64,000 nucleotides of DNA, from NCBI GenBank assembly GCA_001949185.1, contig BDGG01000001.1:5633527-5697526 (forward strand), given 5' to 3'. Source of the DNA: Ramazzottius varieornatus. Taxonomy: Eukaryota > Animalia > Tardigrada. The notes under the pieces are model-generated. The model worked only from the letters and a program-made list of their open reading frames with translations, was not told where the DNA came from and searched no databases. Both the position numbers and the translations under genes were made by a program. Positions 51,401 through 62,644 of this stretch are shown here, in pieces (position 1 is the first letter of the stretch; each line of letters opens with the position of its first letter).

Positions 51401-53047
51401 GTAAACATGGGTGGCAAAGGGCAGTAATTTCACGGTCAAGAGCCACAACTCTGATGGCTGAAGTCAAATACGATCACAAACAATTTACAGTGCGAGGGAA
51501 AGGCTGTTGAATTAGCCACCTCAAATTGTCAGTCAGCCTGGGACTGGAGCCATCTTGGATGTTTTTTGGGGAACATTCCAGCTATTCGATAGCTGACTAC
51601 TGCTTCATTTTACAGGTCAACTGAACTGCAGCTGACGAGGGGATTATGCCTGTCCTCCGCCTTCCCGAAATATTCTGGTATGATAGAATGGTGGAGAAGA
51701 GTCTGCTCCATCATCTGAAACTGGCGTAGACTGCCAAATGAAATCCTGGAAGCCTATACAGGAAACGGAAGTGACGTCAAAATCTGGGCGGTACATAGTT
51801 AGTCAATCAAGCGGTTTGATCTCCATGTGGTTGATTCGTTGCTGATTGACAGAACTACATCGTACTTCAGCATGCAAGCTCATCACTTCTGTTTTTGAGA
51901 ATCCCTTTCTCCTCTTCTTCTCCTTCTGATAGCACCATGGATCCAGTTAATCCCTTCAACATTTTGAAACTACTGCAGTCGGACTACGAGCAACATTTTC
52001 AACTANNNNNNNNNNNNNNNNNNNNNNNNNNNNNNNNNNNNNNNNNNNNNNNNNNGGCATAATTCCCTCGTGAAAAGAAACATCCTTTCTCCACCTCCAT
52101 ATAGTTGTTCTTTTCTGTTTTGACTGTGGTGTTGCAGTCTTAAAGAAAGTCTTTCCGAGCTCGGTGCACATGGTGTCTTTTGATTTCGGCTGTGTCTTTT
52201 GCTCAATTCTGTAGGATTTTGAAACTAACTGCCTTCTTGGTGTTTTATGAAGTGTTTCGTGATTTTGGACAAGTTTCGATCAAATCAAATTTCTCTCCAG
52301 AAATAATGTTTTTCACCTTTCATCTAGCTAGGAAGCACAGCAGAATTAGCACCAGAATAATGCAGATCTTTTTTGTCGAAGGGATAGCTAAATTATAGCT
52401 TTTCTGACACTAAATAAACATTAATCCGTTTTCCAAAACTGCATATTTTTCGGACACAGAAAAAGCTCTTGTTGACAGGATGAAAAAAACGTTTTCTCTG
52501 CTTCTTTCCTTCGAATTTGTAGCCTATCTGATGTTTAATAACAGGTTTTTTTAGATCCGGGTTGGCAGACCACAAGGCCCGAAAAGTGACGACAGAATGA
52601 GCTGGCGTGGATAAAATGGAACGCCCTTTGCGCTTTTGTGGCGAATGGTCTGCCAATCTACAGTTTTTTATTGGCTGCCACTCGAGTCTCTAGAAGCTTG
52701 CTTGCGTGTTCTAATACACTTCTGAGAAACATCACCGCACATCCAGAAGAAACTACATAGGTATAATTATTGAGCTTACCTGGACAGACCAAGACCAACA
52801 CTCCGTTTTTATCCCACTGAGTGTAGTAGAACTCCGAAATCAAGTATAGGTTTTCGATCATTCCGTTAGTTGTGTCGACCAAGGGCGATCCGACGTAATG
52901 TACAGTTGCGTTCAATTGATAGCGTTGCGACAACATCTCCAGTCCCAAATCAAAGGATGCTCCAAGGTTAGGTTTGGAAGACTGGATAACAGGTTGAAAC
53001 ATAAGGTACGACACAACGGTCAGATTCATTGACGTCCGTTCGGCCAT
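48451..53047 (-). CDS. Natriuretic-peptide-receptor-like single-pass protein without kinase-homology or cyclase domain
   Basis: ANF-receptor-type ectodomain (LGASFDLGLE, EWDILLLS, FQKFHWRT, AARLGMTNGEYVFF, GERQSNY, WGSPNNQPIDDEPRCGF); TM ALIAGVVVAVILVLLVIGTIV; short tail with WW ending at the stop at 48451. 5' end uncertain. Confidence 0.8.
51636..52070 (+). mobile_element. Tc4/Tc5-like element in an intron, interior in a gap
   Basis: CGAGGGGATTATGCC / GGCATAATTCCCTCG ends with TGA on both flanks; exon MDPVNPFNILKLLQSDYEQHF from 51937 runs into gap 52006-52055. Confidence 0.75.
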
Positions 53048-53668
53048 ATATTCCTGAGCTATTTAGATTACCAGGACAAAAAAAAGAAGGGTCTAAACAT
53101 GCAGAAAGCAGACCAGATTCAACTAACGCCGAAGCTGTCAAGGCTCGATTAGCATACGTGACAACTCACAAGGATGCAAAGGTCAGCCCGAATACGCAGC
53201 CTCGTCTCAATGCATCACGAGCATGGTCGTTCAGAAGCAGTCGGAAGGATTTAATGAGTCAATATAATGCAGAGTACGATCACCAAGTACCGGCAGGAAC
53301 GTGAGTAAGTACCATTTGCTCCAAGCGCAATCTGTTTTGCGGCCGGTCAATTTTTCTCGTGATACAGTACACCCGCACGCTGCCGCAGGGTCCACCAACA
53401 AACCACGTTCAGAAAACGCCGATCATGGCGCCGTCACTGCAAAAGTCCAAATGGCAAAACACCTATTGCAGATCATAAGCAGCGAATTTAGAAGGGTTTG
53501 ACATAAGTCGCGAAGAGATCGAAGACCCTATGAAGCGTCTGATTTAAAAAGGTACACATCTTTTTCACGGCAAGGAGGCTCGCTCTTTTGATCTTCTGCA
53601 CTATCATACACGACCTTCATATGGTCTGTTACGTTGATTATCTTTCCCGCCCTCGATGTTTTTCCTTT

Positions 53669-53870
53669 CAAGCAGGATTCCCAAGGCACTCCCAAGCATA
53701 AAACGATACGAGTTTTCATTTTCACTATGGAGGTATTAAAGCCGGCTTAGTTTTGAGCATCTTCTGCCCTTGATATTCTTCTTCTCAAGCCAGATCCCAA
53801 GGCAGTTCCAAGTATGAAACGATACAATTTTCACTTTCACCATAGAGTAATAATTATTAAAGCCGGTTCA
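53669..53870. repeat. Degenerate two-unit tandem duplication (~115-bp period)
   Basis: CAAGC..GAT.CCCAAGGCA..CCAAG.AT.AAACGATAC...TATTAAAGCCGG occurs twice. Confidence 0.6.
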
Positions 53871-53909
53871 TGTACAAAAGCGCCGAGTACTGTATGGGAT
53901 TGTGAAGTA

Positions 53910-56900
53910 CGAGGAGCGAGGCCTTACTTCGTCCACGAGCATACTTTGTACAGTCAAGTTCTGCAGGCGGCGATGTTAGCTGCCTAGCTTGGTCATAATC
54001 AGCTGACCATGTTCACCGCCATAAGACACCCACAGAAGAGTGTACAAAGTTTTCGCCGTTCTGATTTTTCGTTGAAATCAGGGCAGAAGCCAATATGCAC
54101 CACAGCCTGAACACTATATTTCTACTTCCGCTGTCACATATGGTACACTTAGCACTTTGCGATGCTGCGAATAATTGTTTTCCGTAGTGGCGCACATTTC
54201 AGTGTTACTGGTCAGAAGCGTGCGCCACTTGGGAGAATGATGTTGTATTTTTCAGATGACGCACTATGTAGTACATTTAACTGGTAGCGTGCGCCACTTG
54301 GGGAAACGATCACGGCGAGTTTGTTGGCTGAGTTCCTACATTCTTCTTTCTCAAAGATGCAAAACGTCACAGCAGCTAAACAACTGAAATCTCAGCACAA
54401 CGAAGAATGTTTATATACCCTCTAGGTATTCTTAGCCTTCGACTTTACGGCAGAAGCTCTCGGTTTAGTTTTCGGTAAGAGGAGTATCTTGGCTTTTGCT
54501 TTCGAAGCTGGCGCTGACGGTTTCTTTCTGGGAGCTGGAGCGATCTTCGTCCGTGCCGTGGCGCGTTTTGCTCTGGTCTTCAGAGGGGACACTTCGGGAT
54601 CGTCTATCGGAGAATCAAAGAGCGACTGTGGTGCGGGAACGTCGTTTGCTATCTCTGCTGCCACCTGCTTAGCCGTCTTTCTCTGTCGCTTCGGTGGAGA
54701 TTGACAAGGGTATTCTTGGGTGGCGGGGCTGTCATCTTCGCTGCCTGTCGCGCTTTTCTCCAGCGCCTGGATGTTTCGCTTTCGGTTTCTCAGACCTTTG
54801 GCTTTCGCTTTGTTCTTTTCCATCGCGGCTTTCTTTGTGCTGATGTAAGCACTCTCGGTAAGGATTCTTCCGTTAGATACATCCAGACGGGAATCTTTTT
54901 CGCGGCGTTTCTTTTGAGGAGCGCTCCGCAGCAAGTTCTTGTAGAACTGCACAGCCACGACTGAGCCTGCCGATTCTCCTGTCATAATCTTTCTGATCTC
55001 CAACAGGCAACTGGTTATTTTATCTTCGGAAAGGCGAATCTTTTCGCGAAGAATCTTCGCGATATCTGCGAAATATTCTTCGCTTTGAGCTTCATTGTGT
55101 TCGACGACTTCTAAGCGAGGATTCACCGTGCCTCTGAGCAGTTCGGCGTCAAACGGATACATCCCCGTTTTGCGGAATCCTTCCTTCATAGGTCCACCTG
55201 GAAGGAGGACAGGTAACCTTCGCACGACCATAATTTTTGAAATCTCGGCACAAAAGCTCGACAAGATCGTTTTCCCAAGTGGCGCACACTTTTGGCCAGT
55301 ATTATCGACAAATTGCGCAAGTGGAGAAATCGATCTGGTCGACATTTATTTACCGAGCTTCCATTTGGTTTTCTTATCATCAACTCGTTGGTTCATGATT
55401 GCAGATAGCCAAAAGATACAAGGGCAACCTTGGGTGGCAGATTCTTACCTAAGTTAAACGAGTATGGCTGGAAGTTTGGATTCCAGAGTTTCACGATATG
55501 GGCAGGGAAGTTATGACGAGATACCTAGAATACAACAATCATATCGTCACACTTTTTTTATCGGTATGAAACTGCGAAGGGAAGACAGGTTTATGCCTAC
55601 TCACGTCGATGGATGTGTCAACCCTGGAATCACGAAGATACATATGCCACTTCTGCTTAACTCCCCCGAACACCTCTTTATCCAGTGGCTGCAAGAAAGC
55701 TGTTTGTCCAGAAGGGAGAACCACTACTTGGATTTCCTTCTCATGCTCCATACATGCCAGGAGAAAGGCGATACAGCTCAGGTGAGAGGAATGTCCGTCG
55801 AAAATTAATACGTTCTGCGAAAGAACAAAATTTACAAGGTTTACCTTGGTGTCATTCCGGCAGTGCACAGTGGAAGGTGCATGAAACAGAGGGAAGTATT
55901 ATCGCCACAACAGTTACAAGAATTACCTTGGGGCAAGTGATGGAGGATAGAAATTCCTTCTCCAAGAATTCGGTTAGCACTTCGGTGTCCATTACTCCCG
56001 AAGAATTCGTGCCAACGTAGCACGCATCGTGAGTTTCCCGGAAGTGAGACTCAAGGTGCATCTTGCCTTTGTAAAGAATCAGCGGCCGAAGCATCTTACC
56101 AGCTGCATTTCCCATAGCCAGAAGGGAAATATTTTCCCGATCGCATTCGCTGCTTTTCAGGTAGCCTACCGCTTCCTTCACGCCTCTCTCCGCGTACACC
56201 TTGTCGTACAGTTCAGCTAGCCGAAATCCCGATTCGTCTAGGTTCCATATCCCATTCGGATCAAGGAATCCATCGTCACTCAGTTTCTGTAGGAGGGAAA
56301 TCCATTCTTCGCAGCGCTGAGCGGTCCATTCCCTCGACTTCTTGAAGCTCAGTGCGCTCAGTACCCGTACAGAAACTCCACGGTTTCTCCGAAGAAAATT
56401 CCGGTGCCATCGGTCGGTAAACTTAGCCCAGTTCATGCCTACAAGAAACCGACACTATCGTTCATGCATGTTCGACCGGAAGTCAGCTGTTCGGACATTT
56501 CATGTTTAACAGGTGGCTGATGTTATCCAAAGGTTATCCATTCGTACGAGCGACATCCAAGCAACATCAGGCTTACCTTTTGCAATGGCGATGGCTTTGA
56601 CAATCTTGATCAAAGTACGTTTACCGAGAGGAACACCAATCTTGGAGCAGCGCACGAGAATTTCGGTAATGTCTTCCTCTTCTTCCATTGTAAAGGTACT
56701 GGGACGTCCAGCCTTCTTTCCGTGTTTCCCGTTGACTTTATTGGCGAGAGTTGTGTGAGGTATCTGATATCTCTCGGCGGCCATCCGTATGGACATCCCG
56801 TCGTTAACAGCAGTCACTGTAGCTTCCATGTCAGGATGTGCCTGCACATATCGCCGTTTCCGAGGTATGTCCATGGATTGCAGTTGAGCAGGAGCAGAAG

Positions 56901-57437
56901 GGTAGTCTTCAGAAGTCGCCGAAGTCACTGGAGAACGGTTTGCAGCCATCACGAAGACAAGGTAAAACTTGGACATTACAAAAGAAGAGGAAGAAGGATA
57001 GCCTTCCAGCAAGACAAGTTCAGCCGAGGAGGTAAACAATGCGTTTTCGCTTGGAAGTGTACAAAGTTTTTGCCGTTCCGATTTTGGTGAAAAACGGTCG
57101 TATGACATCATCACTAACGTTGGCCACACATCAAGAGATGTGTGCTTCTGCTCGGTCGGGCACATATGTGTTTTACTTGTCCCGGTCTGTTGTGCCCTCT
57201 GCAGAAAGCGTGTTCCCTAATATCGAATGAAATTCCCCAACGACTTCCGCTCAAGAATTTCTCCCGTCATGATCATTTATCTGATCCCACTTTTGGCTGG
57301 ATAGAAATGAAGCCAAGTGTTTGAAGGTACTTGTGAATTATTTTGAGGTTTTTATAGCGAAAGGTCAGTGAGAAAACCGTCAGTGGAACAAGTAGTCGCC
57401 TGTCCGGCAAACGTACAAAGTAGAGCCTCGCTCCTCG
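53910..57437 (-). mobile_element. Full-length pogo/Tigger-type DNA transposon
   Basis: TIRs CGAGGAGCGAGGC..TACTT.GT at both ends; TA at 53908-53909 and 57438-57439; encloses a spliced transposase. Confidence 0.9.
54422..56949 (-). CDS. pogo-type transposase (Psq-like HTH, CENP-B HTH, DDD catalytic domain)
   Basis: Exons 56949-56577, 56438-55927, 55814-55605, 55524-55449 and 55197-54422 join in frame to 648 aa; MSIRMAAERYQIP, WNLDESG, LIFDGHSSH, LQPLD, GFRKTGMYP. Confidence 0.85.
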
Positions 57438-57519
57438 TACCTCCACCTGAAGAGCCGGTCATTACGCTACAGTACAACCCGCGCAGCACGTGCGTGAGAG
57501 CCTGTAAAACATTTTTAGG

Positions 57520-57840
57520 TACGAGGTAAAGGTTGTAAACCTAACCGCCTCATACCGGGTTTGTAAAGTTAGCCACGGCTGTAGCGTCTATCGCTTGATT
57601 GACCATTTGATTGTCAGTTTTCGCTTTTTAACATGAGATTTCAACGTTCCTTTAACTGCGGATCTCATGGATTCTCCGAATCTTCACGTTGACTGTACCT
57701 AAAATCATTCGATAGCCCATTATTTTATCTATCGATCTATCCATAAATTTTTGGGAGTGAGTAGGAGAGAACAAGCGAACTCGGACGGCTAACTTCACAA
57801 ACCTGTATCGGATGGCTAACTTTACAACCTTTCCCTCGTA
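57520..57840. mobile_element. ~320-bp TA-flanked MITE
   Basis: Copy of 39946-40267 with TACGAGG...CCTCGTA ends. Confidence 0.85.
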
Positions 57841-58421
57841 AACCTTATTGATTGGTGTTTCATCAAGAAACATGTCAGGTGCAAGTGTCTTCTTTCCCAA
57901 ACAGCTGTCTCGACTATCAAAACGCAATGCTTGCTTTCATGTCAACTAAATCTGCTCCTGCCTTGGCGAGTGAAATATATGCGTTACATGGTCGAAATAA
58001 CATTGCCTCTATTCTCTGTCCATTGCAATTATAACTTACTGCATTCCCCCGAAAGTTTCGCGCAGTCACGTGACAGGCATTGATCACACGCAGGGCCTGA
58101 TATCACCGGTTGTTTGATTGTGGCACATTGCTGCACTTGATTGGCCAGGGATCTTGGATTAAAGGACTTGGATTAAAGGACTGCAGCGAAACACGATCTT
58201 TAACCATAGCCTTCCATTTCTTTGCTCTGTAGGCACCACCATACCCGAACTCACATCGGAAAATCTCGGTCTCCTTAAAGACTACCGGACGAATTCTAAC
58301 GACGCTTTTGCTAAGATTTTGCACAAAGCCGGCAGGAAATTTTCCTTTACTTACCGGGACCTGGTCGATATTCCTGCTGAAGATGCCCAGGATCTGCTAG
58401 CAAGATCCTTTACTACAAAGA

Positions 58422-59545
58422 GTGCGTTTGTCACAAAGTGCTTGCACCCTGAACACAAGTTCCACTACGACACGTCGTTGGCCTTACTGCAAATGTTTTG
58501 GCCGCTGTTCTTGGAGAGTAGTTTTGACCTTTTCGACAAAGAGGGCCAACTCGTGGCGGTGGCCGCACAAGCTCGTGTCCCAGATCGTCCCAGAAGTCGA
58601 CCTGGATGGAGTTACGGCCGAAGAAATCACCTTGTGGAGTGCAATTTGCGACGTCGAGCCACCGCCGAGCCTGATGCGATCAGTACAAAAGATGTGGGAC
58701 ACACCCATCGTCGAACGTCAGTTCCGAGTCTTGCTAGAGCAGTCCACGCCTACTGAGAAGGCCCGCCTCCATGCCGTTTCCTCAAAAGAATCTGGAGCCT
58801 GGCTGGACGCTTTGCCAGTCTCAGTCCTAGGTAATCTTCTTGATGACAATTGTTTTAGAATTTCTGTAGGTCTACGCATTGGAGCCAAGCTGTGCGAGCC
58901 GCATGCCTGTCGATGTGGAGTGCAGGTCGATGGCTTGGGACGCCACGGACTCGCCTGTAAGAACAGTGCTGGACGGCATAGCAGACACGACGCTCTGAAT
59001 GACATCATCCATCGTGCACTGACAAGTTGTCAGGTGTATAACATCAGAGAGCCGAATGGACTGCTACGAGATGACGGGAGGCGACCGGATGGCCTGACGC
59101 TCGTGCCTTGGTGTCAGGGAAAGGCGTTGGCCTGGGACGTTACAGTGGTGGATACTCTGACACAGACCTATCTCCAGGGATCCACCGAAAGGGTTGGGTT
59201 TGCTGCCAGCCAAGCTGAGGAAAAGAAACGATCAATGTACGTGGAGCTGGAAGGACGGTACCTGTTCTGCGCGGTGGGGTTTGAGACTTTCGGTGTTTTC
59301 GGGAACGAAGCGAGGGACCTCATCCAGAAGATTGGTAAGAAGATCATGGACAGTACAGGTGAACCAAGATCTCTTTCGTTCTTGAAGCAAAAAATTGGCA
59401 TTGAGATTCAAAGAGGAAATGCTGCTTGTGTTTTTGGTACTTTTGCTCAAAGTCGAGGTTTGGAAGAGATTTACAATATTTTAGATGCGAAGAAGAACCG
59501 CCTTTTGTCTTTGTGATAGATATTGTTTGTTTGTTTTTTGTGTGA
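58422..59545 (+). mobile_element. 5'-truncated non-LTR retrotransposon, restriction-like endonuclease type (CRE-like)
   Basis: GAWL, zinc knuckle CRCG...HGLAC, RHD, EP, RPDG, WDVTV, EEKK, ETFG and IQRGNA; no RT catalytic motif present. Confidence 0.85.
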
Positions 59546-60452
59546 GCGGTCTGGTCCTACCAGGCCGGCATTATGCTTTTGAAATCTGGCTTTTAATTGA
59601 GATATCTTAGGAAATTTATTCGTTTGTGAGTCATTATCTTGCTTGGCGAATGTCGGTTGCGTATGCCGCCCTTGCGCCATCCGTCTAACACAACGCGTTC
59701 AAAGTGAAATCTCTTGGTTTCTCTGAAGGTATGTGAATTCAAAGGGTTCTGAGCGGATTTCTGCTGGACAAATATAGCACACCGGAAAACGTATACGTGA
59801 TGGGCCTCCTAGCCAAGGAGCAGCATAAGCGGAATGCGGAGCGTGGTTATGGATACACCTTAGCCCAAAGCGCACATCCAGTTACTCAGGTGCGTCAGAA
59901 CGTCAAGTTTGGAGTATAATGTATCTCCAAAAAGCGTTTGATCTTCATCCTTATTTTCCGAAGTCTTGTTTGCGGTAAAAATCCTGATGTTCACAGCGTT
60001 TGGCACGACACCTCAACTGCAAACAGCTGCTGTTAGAGTACCCACGTAGTTACGTCGATGAACAGGGAAACAAACCCTCTGAGTGCCTGGACAATAATAT
60101 CTGCGTAGACCTCAACCTAAAAAACTACAAGAAAAGTAGCTTTATAATCCCCATATTAAAGCTTTGCATTCCACCATGAGAAATAAAACCACGGTTTCAC
60201 CTTGTATGAGTGATAAGTAATCAGGCCGAGCGAAGCGAGGCCCTTTTAAGTCTGTCGAGATTTCAATAGACGATCAGATTCTTCGAGCTTTCAGATATCG
60301 CAAACGCAGTACTGAAAAAAGACACGCCACTTGATCGGGGCGATTAAAAATTTTGCTGGGGAACCGTACTGTGAGTCACAAGTAAAAGTGCTCGCTCTAC
60401 ATGGTTTGCCTCCTTTGCTCGGCCTTTCCAGTGTTCAGAACCACTAGCTAGT

Positions 60453-60602
60453 TACTGTTAAAATTCGTTGCCTCCCCGCAGTACGTCATCATACTCGTGA
60501 AGTACAGCCCCGGTCGGACATTACTGCCTGTTCAACCCGTGCCGGGGGGTGCGTCGTTACGTACGTGTACGTAACTGCGCGGACGCAGCCAATTTCACAG
60601 TA
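60453..60602. mobile_element. TA-flanked MITE, same family as 41537-41664
   Basis: TACTGT.AAATT...CGCAG / CTGCGCGGACGCAGCCAATTTCACAGTA. Confidence 0.7.
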
Positions 60603-61812
60603 ACGAGGCAATCATTTTTCGCTTTGTGGCTGCTGTTTTACGGTACTGTACTCCTTGATACAAAAGAGTCCAACGCCGTTCTACTATGTTTACGGCGGCA
60701 GGGGCAAAAGAGAGGCTCTTCTCCGTTCCCTTTGGTATTGAAGTCTAATTAGAAGCTAAGTACTTTTGTCCAGTCTCACTGAAGTCAAGCTGACAACTAA
60801 GATGAAAATCCAGTTCGTTGTAAGCCAGTGTCGTAAGTACTGGGGTACAAGTCCCTTTGAGATTCACAGCGTCTTCGCGGCGAAGCGAGTGGCGCTGTAT
60901 GGATTCAGAGATTCAATCAGTATCCACCTGGGAATAGTTTAATGTTGGTTTTACTTCCGCGTCGGAGCAAAGGCATGCTTACCCGATAAAACCATCTTTT
61001 CCTACTGTGGGCCAGGCGTAAATCCAGCAAAGCTAAATGAGCAACTATACGACAGTGTTGGGCACAGCTGTTGTAGGGAATCTGGATGCAATGGATTTGC
61101 ATGACGAAACAGGGAAAACAGGGGGAAGTACCGCTGTCAGAATTTCCGCAGGCCGCCAGCGTCAAAGTCATTTCCGTTCCATCCTTCTCACTCAGTCCTT
61201 GAGGGAACCCGACACAAGCGTACACATGCGGCTGCCCTTTGCTTGGTTATCCGTTCACTGATCCAGCTCTGATCTTCCGCGTATTTGCTTTCGATACATG
61301 CGGGACAGCGTTCTTACTGCATGTTTTCTTCCGCTTGATTAAGCGACAAAACGGAGACATTAGCTTTCACATCAGCCGGCTCCGGATGATTTCTTCGGTC
61401 TTCTTTTCTTGATATAATCGTGATCACAACAGACTTTTTGCTTTGGTGTCGTAAGAAAAAATTAGCTCAATCCATTGCTCGTCGTTTTGTATTCAGTCTT
61501 CGGCCGGATCATTACAATAGTGTATTTTGACTGCTGGGTTCATCCAAGGATGGAAGCTGACGGGTAAATGCTGCAGCACACAATGAATAATGAGTCTGTA
61601 CGGATGTCGTAATAGCGGGAAGTATCATGAAAGGAAGACCCTTGCCAGTTTTATGGGAGATGAAAATGTCGCTGTCCCCTTGATGAACCATGGAAAGGCT
61701 CATAAAATAGCTTGCTGACAAAGAACCCTTGATCCCATTGACGACTTCGGTGTTACTTTGACTCGCCGGCTCTTCATATCTTTTACGCTTTTTTCTGGGA
61801 GCTCTTCACACC

Positions 61813-62644
61813 ATGGATCTTCACGTGTTAGGGATTTTCTTTCTGCAACTTCCTTACGGTAAGTTCCAGAGCATATTCAAATTCATCCCTCCCAAATTCT
61901 TAATACAATCAAGAATTTTTGGTGGTTTTGAGATGGTCTTCTTTCTAACTGAAATGAATCGTTAAGTACCCGAAGGTTTCTCTTTACAGGTTGGGCTCTT
62001 TGGTGTTACCAATGTTTCAGTACGGATGCGGAGAACGACTGCTCTCAGAGACCTCATACGTTATCGGAAATCTGCCAAGAAGCCTTCTGTCTCAAGACAG
62101 CCATATATTTCCCGAACGGTAACAATTCAAAGCTAAAAACTCAAAATACTTTTCCTTCTAAAAAAGCGCGCCATTCCATTGATACTCTATAGTTTCCGAG
62201 AAACGATGCAAGGTTTGCATGAATGAATCAAAATCGTATGAGGATGTGCAGGGAAATGCCACGGTAGACAATCTTGATTGGTTTACGTAATATACGAAAG
62301 CCGAACGAGCGAAGGAGTCCCAAGCTGAGATGTGTTTGTTATTCTGCCTTGCAGGGTCATTAATGAGTCTGAGTCGGACATGCACAAGTATCGACATGCC
62401 TTCCTATTGCTCCACAGGCCAAATGCAGATTGATCAGTCGGTTTTCGATCCTTTGCCCGCAAGTAGCGTCATCGATTCCCGCAAAAAAGAGCGCCTTAAA
62501 TTGTGTACTTATTTCTGCCACCACAATTACTGCAATTCAGCTCCTTCCTCCTTTACAGTCTTCGGCTTACCAGCCGCAAAACTCTTTGCTCCCTTGTTAG
62601 CTCTACTTTTACTTGCACATCCGTTCAGACAACTTGATCTATAG
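61813..62644 (+). CDS. GPI-anchored Ly6/Quiver(sleepless)-like three-finger protein
   Basis: Signal exon MDLHVLGIFFLQLPY; LWCYQC...C...C..FCLK; RTC...C...CTYFCHHNYCNSA; hydrophobic C-terminal tail. Confidence 0.85.

Noticed and set aside
24966-52055. Three 50-N runs
   Set aside because: Scaffold gaps, each inside a repeat element; true lengths are unknown, so they are not biological features.
12941-55325. Hairpin repeats with variable spacers as a CRISPR-like array
   Set aside because: Copies are dispersed inverted pairs in a eukaryotic genome, not tandem direct repeats, and no cas genes are present.
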